Assembly (NCBI GenBank): GCA_045545475.1
Contig: JAZQAZ010000010.1
Coordinates: forward strand, 96,001-160,000
Origin: Clostridia bacterium
GTDB lineage: Bacteria > Bacillota > Clostridia > CAKSNL01 > HGM11501
Direction: 5' to 3'
Length of the DNA: 64,000 nucleotides
Shown here: positions 39,334 to 48,899 of the stretch, piece by piece
How the letters are laid out: every line of letters begins with the position of its first letter
How positions within the stretch are numbered: position 1 is the stretch's first letter
Program-made: the position numbers and the translations under genes
The notes under the pieces: generated by a model
The model's database searches: none
Told to the model about the DNA's origin: nothing
The model's input: the letters and a program-made list of their open reading frames with translations, nothing else

Positions 39334-42285
39334 ATGAAAAAATTATTGGCACTTGCTATGGCTATGATAATGGTATTAGCAATTTTTATCGTTGTCGAAG
39401 CAACAGACGGTGCTTACACCTATTCAAGCTCCTGGAAGCTTGAAGTGGAAAGCACAAACGACTCAGGCTCAACTTTATCAAGAGCCTTTGACGGAAAGAG
39501 CGAAACCTACTATCACTCATGGTTTACTAAAAAAGATGGTGAAACATTAAAGGATGCTTGTCCTCACACAATTACGGTAACCTTTGATAAAGCACTTGAA
39601 ATTTCTTCGATTTCTTATCTCCCGAGACAGATAAACGGAAACGACAAGTCAGAATCAGGTATCTGGAAAAAGGCCGAAATCTATGGCTCAACCGACGGAA
39701 AAACATTTAAGAAGCTCACTGATGTAAGTTATGATGTTGCAAAGACAAGAGATCTCACAACAACCAATATTCCTAAAAACAACTATAAGGCAATCCGCTT
39801 TGTTGTAACGGATAGTGTTAACGGCTATTGCACAATTGCCGAAATTGAATTTTTCGGCGGTGAGGCAGGAGCGACAACAACGACAACTACTCCCACTACT
39901 CCTACAACAACACCTGCTACAGGTGCAACTTCTGCCATTACAAATAACGGCTGGAAAATCGAAGCATCCAGTGCTTTTGGAACGGGCAATTCTATTGATA
40001 AAGCCTTTGACGGAAACGAGAAGACAATCTGGCATTCAAATTACACCGTTAAAGACGGTAAAATCGTTGCAAAGGAAGAGTGCCCTCACACAATTACAGT
40101 AACCTTTGATAAGGCAACTGAAGTTGCAGCGGTTACATATCTTCCCAGACAGCTCACGGATACAGATAAGTCAGGCTCAGGTATCTGGAAGAGAGCGGAG
40201 ATATACGGCTCAAAAGACGGAAGTAAATTCACAAAGCTTTGTGATGTAACTTATGATGTTGTTGCTACAAGAGCACTTACAACAACCGAAATAAAGAAAG
40301 ATACCTATAAGGCTATAAGAATCGTTGTAACTGAGTCGCAGAGCGGCTACGGAACAGCAGCTGAAATCGGATTCTTAGGTGCATTTACAGGTGCTACCGA
40401 AGAAAAGAAAGAAGAAGCTAAGGAAGAAGCGAAGACCGATGCTCCTTTATACGAGCCTGTCAAGGTTACATACGTTAATGTAACAGGTGCTGTTTCAAAG
40501 GATGCTTATGAATACAATTCTTCCTGGGATATTACGGTTTCTTCTTCTACTAAAGGTTCCGCCGAGAGAATGTTCGACGGAGAAAAGCTTTCCTACTGGC
40601 ATTCCTGGTTTACTTCCAAGGACGGAGTAACCACCAAAGCAGAAGGACCCCACGAAGTAACGATAGTTTTCCCGGAAGAAAAGGCTGTTTCCGGTATAAG
40701 ATACACCCCCAGACAATTAAACGGAAACGATAAGTCAACCTCGGGTATTGCGATACTTGCCGAAGTACACGTTACTACAGACGGAGAAAAGTTCACAAAA
40801 ATAGCTCAGGGCAACTTTACTTATGCGTCAGGCTATGCAGAAAGAGAAACTCAGGAGATTAAATTTGACACTGTAAAGGTAAAGGGTATCAAGTTTGTTA
40901 TCACCCAGTCTGTTTCAGGTTACGGAACTTGTGCGGAGCTTGAAGTATTAAAAGGCGAAGGAGCAGAGGCCGACATTGAAGAGCTTACAAAGGAAGCAAA
41001 GAAGAACAATAAGTTCATCACTATGCAGATTGACTCACTTGATGCAAAAATCGGAGATAAAGAAGTTAAACTGGTAAAGGCTCCTCAGATTGTTGACGGA
41101 AGAACCTTGGTTCCCGTAAGATTTGTATCTGAATCATTAGGCGCAGTGGTTGGCTGGAATGGAGAAACAAGAGAAGTTTCTATAATGGACGGCACAAATA
41201 ATATCGTTCTTGAGATAGATTCTCCCTATGTAATGGTAAACGGAAAAGTCGAAACACTTGACGTTCCTGCAATGATTATAGATAACTCCACAATGGTTCC
41301 TATTCGTTTTGTATCCGAAACACTTGGAGCTAATGTAGAGTGGGATGGAGAAACAAGAACGGTTACCATTGATAAGCCTATGACAATTGCTTGTTGGGGT
41401 GACAGCTTAACCTACGGTGACGGAGCAACATCTTCTCCTTATCCTACGGTTTTAGCAAAGCTTTCTGGTCTTAAGACCTTAAACCTTGGTATCGGTGGTG
41501 AAAGTGCTCTTACAATTGCGGCTCGTCAGGGTGCATATGATATTTCCATGAGCGAGGATTTCGTAATTCCCGAATCCGGAAGCGTTGACCTTCCTCTTGT
41601 TACATTCAAGGAAGGAACATATCTTACAACTCCTGACGGTGGACAGGTTTGCCCAAGAGCCACTTCTGCAAAGTGGAATCCCTGTTATATCAACGGAGTA
41701 GAGGGAACACTTTCAATTCAGGTTGATACAACAGTTGTTCCCAGAGTGTTAAAGAAAGCAACTTTTACAAGAAAGCAGTCAGGCGAAGCGGTGGAAGTTA
41801 AGAAGGGCGACCTTTTAATTCCCTCTGCAAGCTATGTGAAAGCTGACATCAATGTTATCTACATCGGTGCAAACGGCATCTGGGATGAGGATAATACAAA
41901 CGGCAAAAACACCAAAGAGCAGGCAGATAAGCTCATCGCTATGATAAACAGAATGATTGAAAATACTCCAGATCCCGAAAAGTTTATCGTTGTTGGCTTT
42001 ACATGGAGTGGAAAGGATTCCTGGAGCGTAGTTGATGCCGAAATGGAAAAAGCATTTGGAAGAAAGTTCGTTTCCACAAAGAGCTATATGTCAAGCGAAC
42101 AGGCTCTTAAAGATATGGGTGTAACACCCACGGAAGCAGATCTTGCCGACATCAAGCTTGGCAGAGTTCCTGAATCCTTCAGAAAGAGTGCATCCGACGG
42201 CACACACCTTAACGACCTTGGATACACCATTCTCGGTACAAAGATTTACGAGAGAATGATAGAACTTGGCTATATTGTTAAATAA
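39334..42285 (+). CDS. Secreted 3x F5/8-type C (CBM32) + copper-amine-oxidase-N 'stalk' + SGNH hydrolase protein
   Basis: Three (A/M)FDG..(W/Y)HS..YxPRQ units; TLVPVRFVSE repeats; WGDSLT, G, GAN, DGTH. Confidence 0.8.
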   Translation: MKKLLALAMAMIMVLAIFIVVEATDGAYTYSSSWKLEVESTNDSGSTLSRAFDGKSETYYHSWFTKKDGETLKDACPHTITVTFDKALEISSISYLPRQINGNDKSESGIWKKAEIYGSTDGKTFKKLTDVSYDVAKTRDLTTTNIPKNNYKAIRFVVTDSVNGYCTIAEIEFFGGEAGATTTTTTPTTPTTTPATGATSAITNNGWKIEASSAFGTGNSIDKAFDGNEKTIWHSNYTVKDGKIVAKEECPHTITVTFDKATEVAAVTYLPRQLTDTDKSGSGIWKRAEIYGSKDGSKFTKLCDVTYDVVATRALTTTEIKKDTYKAIRIVVTESQSGYGTAAEIGFLGAFTGATEEKKEEAKEEAKTDAPLYEPVKVTYVNVTGAVSKDAYEYNSSWDITVSSSTKGSAERMFDGEKLSYWHSWFTSKDGVTTKAEGPHEVTIVFPEEKAVSGIRYTPRQLNGNDKSTSGIAILAEVHVTTDGEKFTKIAQGNFTYASGYAERETQEIKFDTVKVKGIKFVITQSVSGYGTCAELEVLKGEGAEADIEELTKEAKKNNKFITMQIDSLDAKIGDKEVKLVKAPQIVDGRTLVPVRFVSESLGAVVGWNGETREVSIMDGTNNIVLEIDSPYVMVNGKVETLDVPAMIIDNSTMVPIRFVSETLGANVEWDGETRTVTIDKPMTIACWGDSLTYGDGATSSPYPTVLAKLSGLKTLNLGIGGESALTIAARQGAYDISMSEDFVIPESGSVDLPLVTFKEGTYLTTPDGGQVCPRATSAKWNPCYINGVEGTLSIQVDTTVVPRVLKKATFTRKQSGEAVEVKKGDLLIPSASYVKADINVIYIGANGIWDEDNTNGKNTKEQADKLIAMINRMIENTPDPEKFIVVGFTWSGKDSWSVVDAEMEKAFGRKFVSTKSYMSSEQALKDMGVTPTEADLADIKLGRVPESFRKSASDGTHLNDLGYTILGTKIYERMIELGYIVK

Positions 42286-42286
42286 G

Positions 42287-42324
42287 AAAAGAAACCTCAG
42301 ACTTTTGTCTGAGGTTTCTTTTTT
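42287..42324. terminator. Bidirectional intrinsic terminator
   Basis: AAAAGAAACCTCAGAC-tttt-GTCTGAGGTTTCTTTT. Confidence 0.85.
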
Positions 42325-43378
42325 ATTCTGTAACTCTTGGAACATCCAACCATACTCCGCCTTTTTTTGCGGCTTCATGGGCTATTAATCCGGGAATGGT
42401 CATATCCATTCCTTTTACAATGTCGATGGGGGGAGTTTTGTTATCTTCAATTGATTTAAGGAAATCTCTTACAAGGAAATATTCGCTTGTGCCGTGAGAG
42501 CCAAGAGGAATATCTGTGATACCGGGGGCAGAAGTGGCTATGTCGATTTCTATGCCTTCTTCTGGATCTTCGCCTGCGAAATAGCGTCTTCCTTTACCCT
42601 TATATCCCATTCTGCTGCTTTCCATAAAGCCTTCGGTTCCGATTATGTTATATGTACAAAGGGCGGGGTGACGAAGAGCAACGGAGCTTCTCGCCATTTT
42701 AATTGTTGCACCCTTTGCGGTTTCAAAAAGAGCCACCTGTATGTCTATATTTCCGTCGGTTGCAACGGGGAAGCTTCGTGACTCTGTTCCTGATGCTGTA
42801 CATCTTACAATGTGGTCGTCCATCCACATAAGAATGGGGCCTAAGCTGTGGGAGCAATAGTGAAGCGGTGCACGGTTTGCACGCCACTTTCCGTCAACGA
42901 GGCTTCTTATTTCGTGAACATAGTCTGCCTCTGCGTAGAAGGGAGTTCCGATTTTGCCTGCCTTTATATTCTTATCCCATTCCAGGGCAAACTGCATATA
43001 GCAGCAGTTTTCTGCCAGCATAAATTTGGCTTTTGACTTTCTTACCGCATCAACCATTTTAATACAGCTTTCAACTGAATCTGATGCAGTAACTTCACAA
43101 AGCACGTGTTTTCCTGCTTCCAAGGCTTTTATGGATTGCTCCGCATGGAAGGGAATGGGAGTACCGATTACGACAATGTTAGCATCGGTGTTTAATATAT
43201 CATCATATTCTGTGAACAGTGCAGTATCAGGCAAGTTGAATTCCTTGCCGTTCTTCTCTAAAGAGGCACTATCCATATCGCATAGAGCGACAACTTCGGT
43301 GTCAGGATGGTTTGAAAATATGTGACCGTAAGCGGTTCCACGTCCAACGCCAACCATGGCTACCTTATACTTTTTCAT
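42323..43378 (-). CDS. Gfo/Idh/MocA family oxidoreductase
   Basis: VGVGRG Rossmann motif; TPIPFH; GKHVLCEV; AEN. Confidence 0.85.
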   Translation of the reverse strand: MKKYKVAMVGVGRGTAYGHIFSNHPDTEVVALCDMDSASLEKNGKEFNLPDTALFTEYDDILNTDANIVVIGTPIPFHAEQSIKALEAGKHVLCEVTASDSVESCIKMVDAVRKSKAKFMLAENCCYMQFALEWDKNIKAGKIGTPFYAEADYVHEIRSLVDGKWRANRAPLHYCSHSLGPILMWMDDHIVRCTASGTESRSFPVATDGNIDIQVALFETAKGATIKMARSSVALRHPALCTYNIIGTEGFMESSRMGYKGKGRRYFAGEDPEEGIEIDIATSAPGITDIPLGSHGTSEYFLVRDFLKSIEDNKTPPIDIVKGMDMTIPGLIAHEAAKKGGVWLDVPRVTE

Positions 43379-43480
43379 TAAATCATCTCCTTTTATAACA
43401 TAATAACATGTTTTTGTTGACTTGTTAATGCAATTATGTTAGAATTTACATGTAAAATGTTGAGTAAACGGAGAGAGGAT

Positions 43481-44314
43481 ATGAAGAAAGTAAAGTCGGT
43501 CAAGGAGTTTGATATATCTTTGCGAAACTGCGGAAAAGACAGATATATTGCCAAAGGACATGTATTCGGGCCGATAATAAGCGGAGATTATATAATGCAG
43601 TACTGTTTTGCGGGATGCGGAGTTTTCAAAGTGGATGGAAAAAGCTTTCCTGTAAAAAAGGGAGAATGCATGGTAACATTTCCCGGACAGCAAAGAATCG
43701 AAACAGCGGATGAAGAAACTCCATGGAGGCACATATGGTTAAGCTTTGAAGGGGAAAGTGCAAGACGATTTTTTTCCCTGCTTGGTACAAAAAATGAAAA
43801 TCCGGTAATCTCATTTTTCGGACACTCTAAGATACCCTATCTTATGGAAAACATAATTGAGCTTTCTGAAAACACAGAACCAGGAGGAGAGTTTATACTT
43901 GCATCCAAGCTTTATGAGTTCCTTGACGAGTGTATAAAAGCAAGAAGCAATAACGAAGGCTCTCTTAAAGCAAAGGATATGTATGTTTCACATGCAATAA
44001 ATTATCTTGAACTTCATTTTACGGAGTTTGACATAAGAGTTGAGAAACTTGCAGAACATATAGGTATCGACAGAAGCTATTTTTATGGGATATTTAAGGA
44101 AATAACGGGGGTATCACCAAAAGAATATCTTACGGAATTAAGAATGAAAAAGGCATCTGAGCTTCTTAAAATCCCGGGAGCAACGGTAACTAACGTAGCC
44201 TATTCCGTAGGCTATGAGCCTTCGGTTTTCACTAAGGCATTTAAGAATTATTATGGAATTAATCCTTCGGAATGCATAGAAAAGACGGTTAAAGGAGACG
44301 GAATTTATGGATAA
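43481..44314 (+). CDS. AraC family regulator (cupin sensor)
   Basis: GIDRSYF..FK..TGVSP; VAYSVGY..FTKAFK..YGINP. Confidence 0.9.
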   Translation: MKKVKSVKEFDISLRNCGKDRYIAKGHVFGPIISGDYIMQYCFAGCGVFKVDGKSFPVKKGECMVTFPGQQRIETADEETPWRHIWLSFEGESARRFFSLLGTKNENPVISFFGHSKIPYLMENIIELSENTEPGGEFILASKLYEFLDECIKARSNNEGSLKAKDMYVSHAINYLELHFTEFDIRVEKLAEHIGIDRSYFYGIFKEITGVSPKEYLTELRMKKASELLKIPGATVTNVAYSVGYEPSVFTKAFKNYYGINPSECIEKTVKGDGIYG

Positions 44315-45503
44315 AAAAATATGGAAATATATGATGGATAACTTATTTTCGGATGAAACTAAGCTTTTTTACGATTACATAGTGCCTGAAAAACGGGGAG
44401 ATTTTAAAAACTACCTTCCTTCGCCTGAGTTTATAAAGAAGTGCATCCCCAGTCCTACCGGCTGGGGAACCGGCATGGAGGACTCGGTAATTAACGGAAG
44501 TGTTATGCTGGATTCGGCACTTCTTGCTTACGAAGTAACAAAGGAAGAAGCTTTTTTAGTTAAGGCAAGGGATTTTTTTAAGGGGCTTAAGCTTTGTGCA
44601 ACAATATCTGAAAGCGAAGGATTTCTTGCAAGAAGTGTTTCGCCATTTGACGGAAAAAGCCACTATATTGACTCTTCCAGAGATCAGTATACCCATTATG
44701 TAGCATCCGCAGCAAAATATTACGAAAGCGGAAAAGCGAAGGAGGACGAAATAAAAGCAATAAAGGAAACACTTTTATCATTTGCACGTCGGGCAAGAGC
44801 CAATGTAACTGAAGAAAATAAATGGAATATGCTTCGTGAAGACGGAGGGCAGGGCTTTGTTACAGCACTCTGGAATGCAGCACCCCACGAAATGATGCGC
44901 CTTCCCATGATTTATCTTGCGGCATGGAAAATTTCAGGTGACGAAAGCTTTAAGGAAGATTACTTAAAATACAGAGATTTGGGAATGGATGAATCGGAAA
45001 AGATTGTATACCGGGATAATATGCGTCCCTTTGCCTTTGGTCAGATGCAGCTTTCATTAAGATTCTGCTATGATTATGATGAGGATTCGGCTTTTCGTGA
45101 AAGATGCTATAAGCTAATGAAGCAAAACGCCGATTACGGATTTAATAAAGTATTGGAATGTGCGAAAGAAAATCTTACGGAAGAAAACAGAGAAATTATA
45201 CATACAAAGGCAACTGCGTGGAATGAAACTCCTGCATGGTTTAACGGCTATTTATCGGATTATGCCTACTATGTCCCCATGCACTTTAAGTCTCTTTTTG
45301 CCGCCGGATTGAAGGGGGCGTGGCATATAAGAGATATTGGAGATGCCGCATCAATTTACATGAATTTACCCGGTGCAGAATATAAAAAAGAACTTTTTGA
45401 TGCACTTTCAGCTGCGATTGGATATGTTGATACGGAAAAATATACATCGGATGCAGTGTGCTACCTTTTAACACCCTACTATAAACTTTTGTTGGTAAAA
45501 TAA
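44307..45503 (+). CDS. Hypothetical protein, possibly an alpha/alpha-barrel carbohydrate enzyme
   Basis: 398-aa ORF coupled to AraC; GMED, GFLAR, SSRDQY motifs. Confidence 0.55.
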   Translation: MDKKIWKYMMDNLFSDETKLFYDYIVPEKRGDFKNYLPSPEFIKKCIPSPTGWGTGMEDSVINGSVMLDSALLAYEVTKEEAFLVKARDFFKGLKLCATISESEGFLARSVSPFDGKSHYIDSSRDQYTHYVASAAKYYESGKAKEDEIKAIKETLLSFARRARANVTEENKWNMLREDGGQGFVTALWNAAPHEMMRLPMIYLAAWKISGDESFKEDYLKYRDLGMDESEKIVYRDNMRPFAFGQMQLSLRFCYDYDEDSAFRERCYKLMKQNADYGFNKVLECAKENLTEENREIIHTKATAWNETPAWFNGYLSDYAYYVPMHFKSLFAAGLKGAWHIRDIGDAASIYMNLPGAEYKKELFDALSAAIGYVDTEKYTSDAVCYLLTPYYKLLLVK

Positions 45504-45506
45504 ATA

Positions 45507-45535
45507 TTGACAAAATTAAAGCATATAGCTATAAT
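45507..45535 (+). promoter_or_regulatory. Consensus sigma-A promoter of the retron
   Basis: TTGACA-17 bp-TATAAT. Confidence 0.85.
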
Positions 45536-45558
45536 ATTGTCACGTTTGTTTATTTTAA

Positions 45559-45733
45559 GCAGAGCATTAGTGTATGTCAAACCTTGTTTGACGCCTCGGG
45601 CGAGTCGCCCCGGGTTACATAAAAATAAAAAAAGTCACTTCGTTCCATCCATGTGGTGCCGCTGTAATATTGCCCACTTCATGGGCCGAAAGTTACAGCT
45701 TACCACAAAAGATTTTCTCATGTTTTGCTCTGC
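45559..45733 (+). ncRNA. Retron msr-msd non-coding RNA
   Basis: Terminal IR GCAGAGCA/TGCTCTGC, TTAG after the 5' arm, two msr hairpins (45576-45592, ~45597-45614), long msd hairpin 45652-45707. Confidence 0.8.
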
Positions 45734-45757
45734 GAAAAGGAAGGAGGAAAGCTTAAT

Positions 45758-46681
45758 ATGATAGTTTATAAGGAGCTTTCCTCCTTAACAACGGATCTCG
45801 GGTTTTCTGCAAGGACGCTTTATTCCGTGGCAAGAAGGGTGAGAAAGCATTACCATGAGGTATCAATTCCAAAAAAAGACGGCACGGAAAGAAAACTTTC
45901 TGTTCCGGACGAGCTTCTAAAAAGAATACAGCGGAGAATTGCGGAAAAAATCCTCATGTACGAAGACATATCACCTTACGCCACCGCATACAGAGTTTGT
46001 GCTTCTACTCTTATTAATGCAAAGGCACATCTTGACAAAAAGTGTATATTAAAGCTTGATATAAATCACTTCTTTGATTCCATAATCTTCCCGGTGGTAA
46101 AAAATAAGGTTTTCACCGAGGAAAAATATTCCTATGCCAACAGAATATTGCTTACGGCTCTTTGCATTTATGAGGATTCTGTTCCTCAGGGTGCACCTAC
46201 TTCGCCTGTTATATCTAATATAATTTTAAGGGAGTTTGATTTTCATATGGGCTCTTGGTGCAGTGAGCGTGGAATTACATACACCAGATACTGCGACGAT
46301 ATGACTTTTTCGGGAGAATTTGAAGCCGGAGAGGTTATTAAAGAGGTTGAGGATGCACTTGCAAAAGAAGGTTTTTACTTAAACAGGAAAAAGACGGCTT
46401 TTCTTAAAGATGGGCAAAGGAAGGAAGTTACCGGAATAGTTGTTAATGACAAAGTATCCGTTCCTAAGGAGTATCGCAGAAAAATACGGAGTGAAGTTCA
46501 TTATATCAAAAAATTCGGAATTGACTCCCATCTTTCTCATATAGGCTGTAACACGGATAAAGTGAAATATCTTATGAGTCTTTTTGGAAAAATCAACTAT
46601 GCTCTTTCGGTTTCTCCTGATAATGCAGAAATGAAAAATTGTAAAAAAATAATAGGGAAAATATTATATAAGCTTAAATAA
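45758..46681 (+). CDS. Retron-type reverse transcriptase
   Basis: IPKKDG..R, NAKAH (region X), LKLDINHFFDSI, PQGAPTSP, TRYCDD, VTG (region Y); AAGGAGG RBS. Confidence 0.92.
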   Translation: MIVYKELSSLTTDLGFSARTLYSVARRVRKHYHEVSIPKKDGTERKLSVPDELLKRIQRRIAEKILMYEDISPYATAYRVCASTLINAKAHLDKKCILKLDINHFFDSIIFPVVKNKVFTEEKYSYANRILLTALCIYEDSVPQGAPTSPVISNIILREFDFHMGSWCSERGITYTRYCDDMTFSGEFEAGEVIKEVEDALAKEGFYLNRKKTAFLKDGQRKEVTGIVVNDKVSVPKEYRRKIRSEVHYIKKFGIDSHLSHIGCNTDKVKYLMSLFGKINYALSVSPDNAEMKNCKKIIGKILYKLK

Positions 46682-46705
46682 GCGGATGCATTTGCATTCG
46701 CTTAT
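46680..46705 (+). terminator. Hairpin after retron RT
   Basis: AAGCGGATGCA-tt-TGCATTCGCTT. Confidence 0.55.
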
Positions 46706-46802
46706 TAATTTTAAAAGTGAACTATATTACCAAATTTTGCAATATAAGGCGTTGACTTGGAATTTACATCGTGTTAAAATGTAACCTAAGGAGGCGTTTT
46801 TT

Positions 46803-47717
46803 ATGAAACTTGCAACAACACTTGGCGATTTCAGAGGATACTGCAATACTTATGAAGAAAGGGTGAAGCATGTATGCGAAGCAGGATTTTTATATCTTGA
46901 CCTTGATTTGTATACGGCAGACAAAAATGATGCACTTTTAGTAAGCGACAACTGGAAGGAAAATGCAAAAAGCTTAAAGTCTTATGCAGAAAGCCTTGGA
47001 GCCACCTTTATTCAGGCGCATTCTCCCGGAGGAAACCCGCTTGAGAAAGGAGAAAAGTTTGATTATCTGCTTAAAACTACAATCCGCTCCATTGAAGTCT
47101 GCGGTGAAATGGGAATAAAGAATACGGTTGTTCACGCAGGGATGCTTAAGGAAATTTCCAAAGAAGAGTATTTTGAAAGGAACAGAGAATTTTTCAGAAA
47201 GCTTATCCCCACAATGGAAAAATGCGGTGTAAACGTGCTTTGCGAAAACAGCACAAAGGCAAATATGGGCGGGATGTATTTTACCAACAGTGGAAGCGAT
47301 ATGCTTGAATTTGTAAAATATGTTGACCATCCGCTTTTCCACGCCTGCTGGGACACAGGACATGCCAACTGCGAAGGAAATCAGTATGACGAAATTATGA
47401 CCTTGGGTGATGAGCTTTACGCCCTTCATGTACACGATAACAGCGGACACAGAGACGAGCATCTTATCCCATATTGCGGAACAATTAATATGGATGATGT
47501 TATGCACGCCCTTATCGATTCGGGTTATAAGGGATATTTTACGTTTGAGGCATCAAGCTGTCTTCGTCACAGCAGATACTGGCTCGGAAACAGACGCGTA
47601 TTTGAAAAAGATACAAGGCTTTTAGAACCTCAGCTCTTTATGCAAAAGCAGCTTGAAAAGCTGATGTTTGACACAGGTAAATACATTCTTGAAAAATATA
47701 ATTTATATGAGGAGTAA
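46803..47717 (+). CDS. Sugar phosphate isomerase/epimerase (xylose-isomerase-like TIM barrel)
   Basis: VVH, LCEN, WDTGHAN, LHVHDN...HL, FTFE; own promoter TTGACT-17-TAAAAT. Confidence 0.85.
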   Translation: MKLATTLGDFRGYCNTYEERVKHVCEAGFLYLDLDLYTADKNDALLVSDNWKENAKSLKSYAESLGATFIQAHSPGGNPLEKGEKFDYLLKTTIRSIEVCGEMGIKNTVVHAGMLKEISKEEYFERNREFFRKLIPTMEKCGVNVLCENSTKANMGGMYFTNSGSDMLEFVKYVDHPLFHACWDTGHANCEGNQYDEIMTLGDELYALHVHDNSGHRDEHLIPYCGTINMDDVMHALIDSGYKGYFTFEASSCLRHSRYWLGNRRVFEKDTRLLEPQLFMQKQLEKLMFDTGKYILEKYNLYEE

Positions 47718-47721
47718 CATT

Positions 47722-48828
47722 ATGGAAAACAAAATAAACATAGTAATCGAAGAATCCATGCCCACAGCCTTTTTAAACAAGGACAGAATTTATCAGGACG
47801 GAACAACACCTATGTACCGTGATAAGGACGGCAGCCTCTGGGCAATGAGCGGTCACTCTCATATGGGTGAAATTGCAATGTTTAAGGGAACTAGCCTTGA
47901 CGATATAAAAAAGGCATACGCCATAAACCTTAACTTCTGTGTGGGACACGCAGATTTTGCCTTTGACGGAGTACGCTATCCCGAAGGCGTAAAGGCAAGA
48001 GGAAGCATATGGCCCTTTGGTCTTTATATATGCCCTGTAACACACCGTTTTTTCTGCCTTTTCCATAATGAAACAGGCTGGAACGGTAAAGGCACCGGCT
48101 ATGATGCTGAAGGATTTTGCGACACACCGAAATGCGACTGGGATTTCCGTCATGTAGGTCTTATGCACTCCGACGACGAGGGTAAAAACTGGACCTTTGA
48201 CCGCTGGGTGTTGACCTCAGAAGAGGTTTGCTTTACAGATACTTTTAATCCCGGTGCAGGAAACGTACTTGGTCAGACGGGAGATGTTTTTTCCTGCGGA
48301 AGCGGTGACTTTTCCACTTATATTGACGATGAATATATATACATTTTCTATAACATCATCCGTGCCAACAGAGCAGTTGTAAGCCTTAAAAATGTTGACG
48401 TTTATGTTGCAAGAACAAGACGTCGTGAAGATGGTATAATGGGTGACTTTGTGAAATATTATAACGGTGCATTTACAGAGCCGGGTAACTTCGGAAAGGA
48501 AACTCCCGTTGCATATTGCTCCTGGCATCCCAGGGTAATTTACCTTGAAAAGTACGGAGTTTATTTAATGACCGCATCCTATGCCGATCCTACCGTAACA
48601 GAAAAAATGATAAAGCACGAAACACAGATGCGTATAAGCACGGATTTAGTTAACTGGGGCGAGGTTTACGTTCAGGAATATGAAGGGAAGCCCTTCGGAA
48701 ATCACTATGTGGCATTGGTGTCGGATGATACGGATACACAGCCGAGCTATGCAAAGGGCGACAGAGTTTCCTTCCTTACAAACCATAACGGAACGGACGT
48801 AACACGCTATAAGGCACATATTGAATAA
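47722..48828 (+). CDS. Beta-propeller glycosidase-like protein
   Basis: Asp-box SDDEGKNW and STDLVNW. Confidence 0.55.
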   Translation: MENKINIVIEESMPTAFLNKDRIYQDGTTPMYRDKDGSLWAMSGHSHMGEIAMFKGTSLDDIKKAYAINLNFCVGHADFAFDGVRYPEGVKARGSIWPFGLYICPVTHRFFCLFHNETGWNGKGTGYDAEGFCDTPKCDWDFRHVGLMHSDDEGKNWTFDRWVLTSEEVCFTDTFNPGAGNVLGQTGDVFSCGSGDFSTYIDDEYIYIFYNIIRANRAVVSLKNVDVYVARTRRREDGIMGDFVKYYNGAFTEPGNFGKETPVAYCSWHPRVIYLEKYGVYLMTASYADPTVTEKMIKHETQMRISTDLVNWGEVYVQEYEGKPFGNHYVALVSDDTDTQPSYAKGDRVSFLTNHNGTDVTRYKAHIE

Positions 48829-48839
48829 AAAACTTTACA

Positions 48840-48885
48840 AAAAAGGTATACTGCTGTATAATTTAAGCAGTATACCTTTTTTTTT
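48840..48885 (+). terminator. Terminator hairpin overlapping a promoter
   Basis: AAAAAAGGTATACTGC...GCAGTATACCTTTTTT with TTTACA-17-TATAAT inside. Confidence 0.6.
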
Positions 48886-48899
48886 AAGGAGGCATTAAT

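Noticed and set aside
45652-45707. Retron msd hairpin as a mimic of the macro-HTH palindrome
   Set aside because: GCCCA-N5-TGGGC does not match GTCKC-N7-GMGAC
45758-46681. Group II intron or DGR reverse transcriptase
   Set aside because: Short RT with retron-specific NAxxH and VTG motifs and msr-msd; no maturase domain, intron domain V, or TR/VR pair seen
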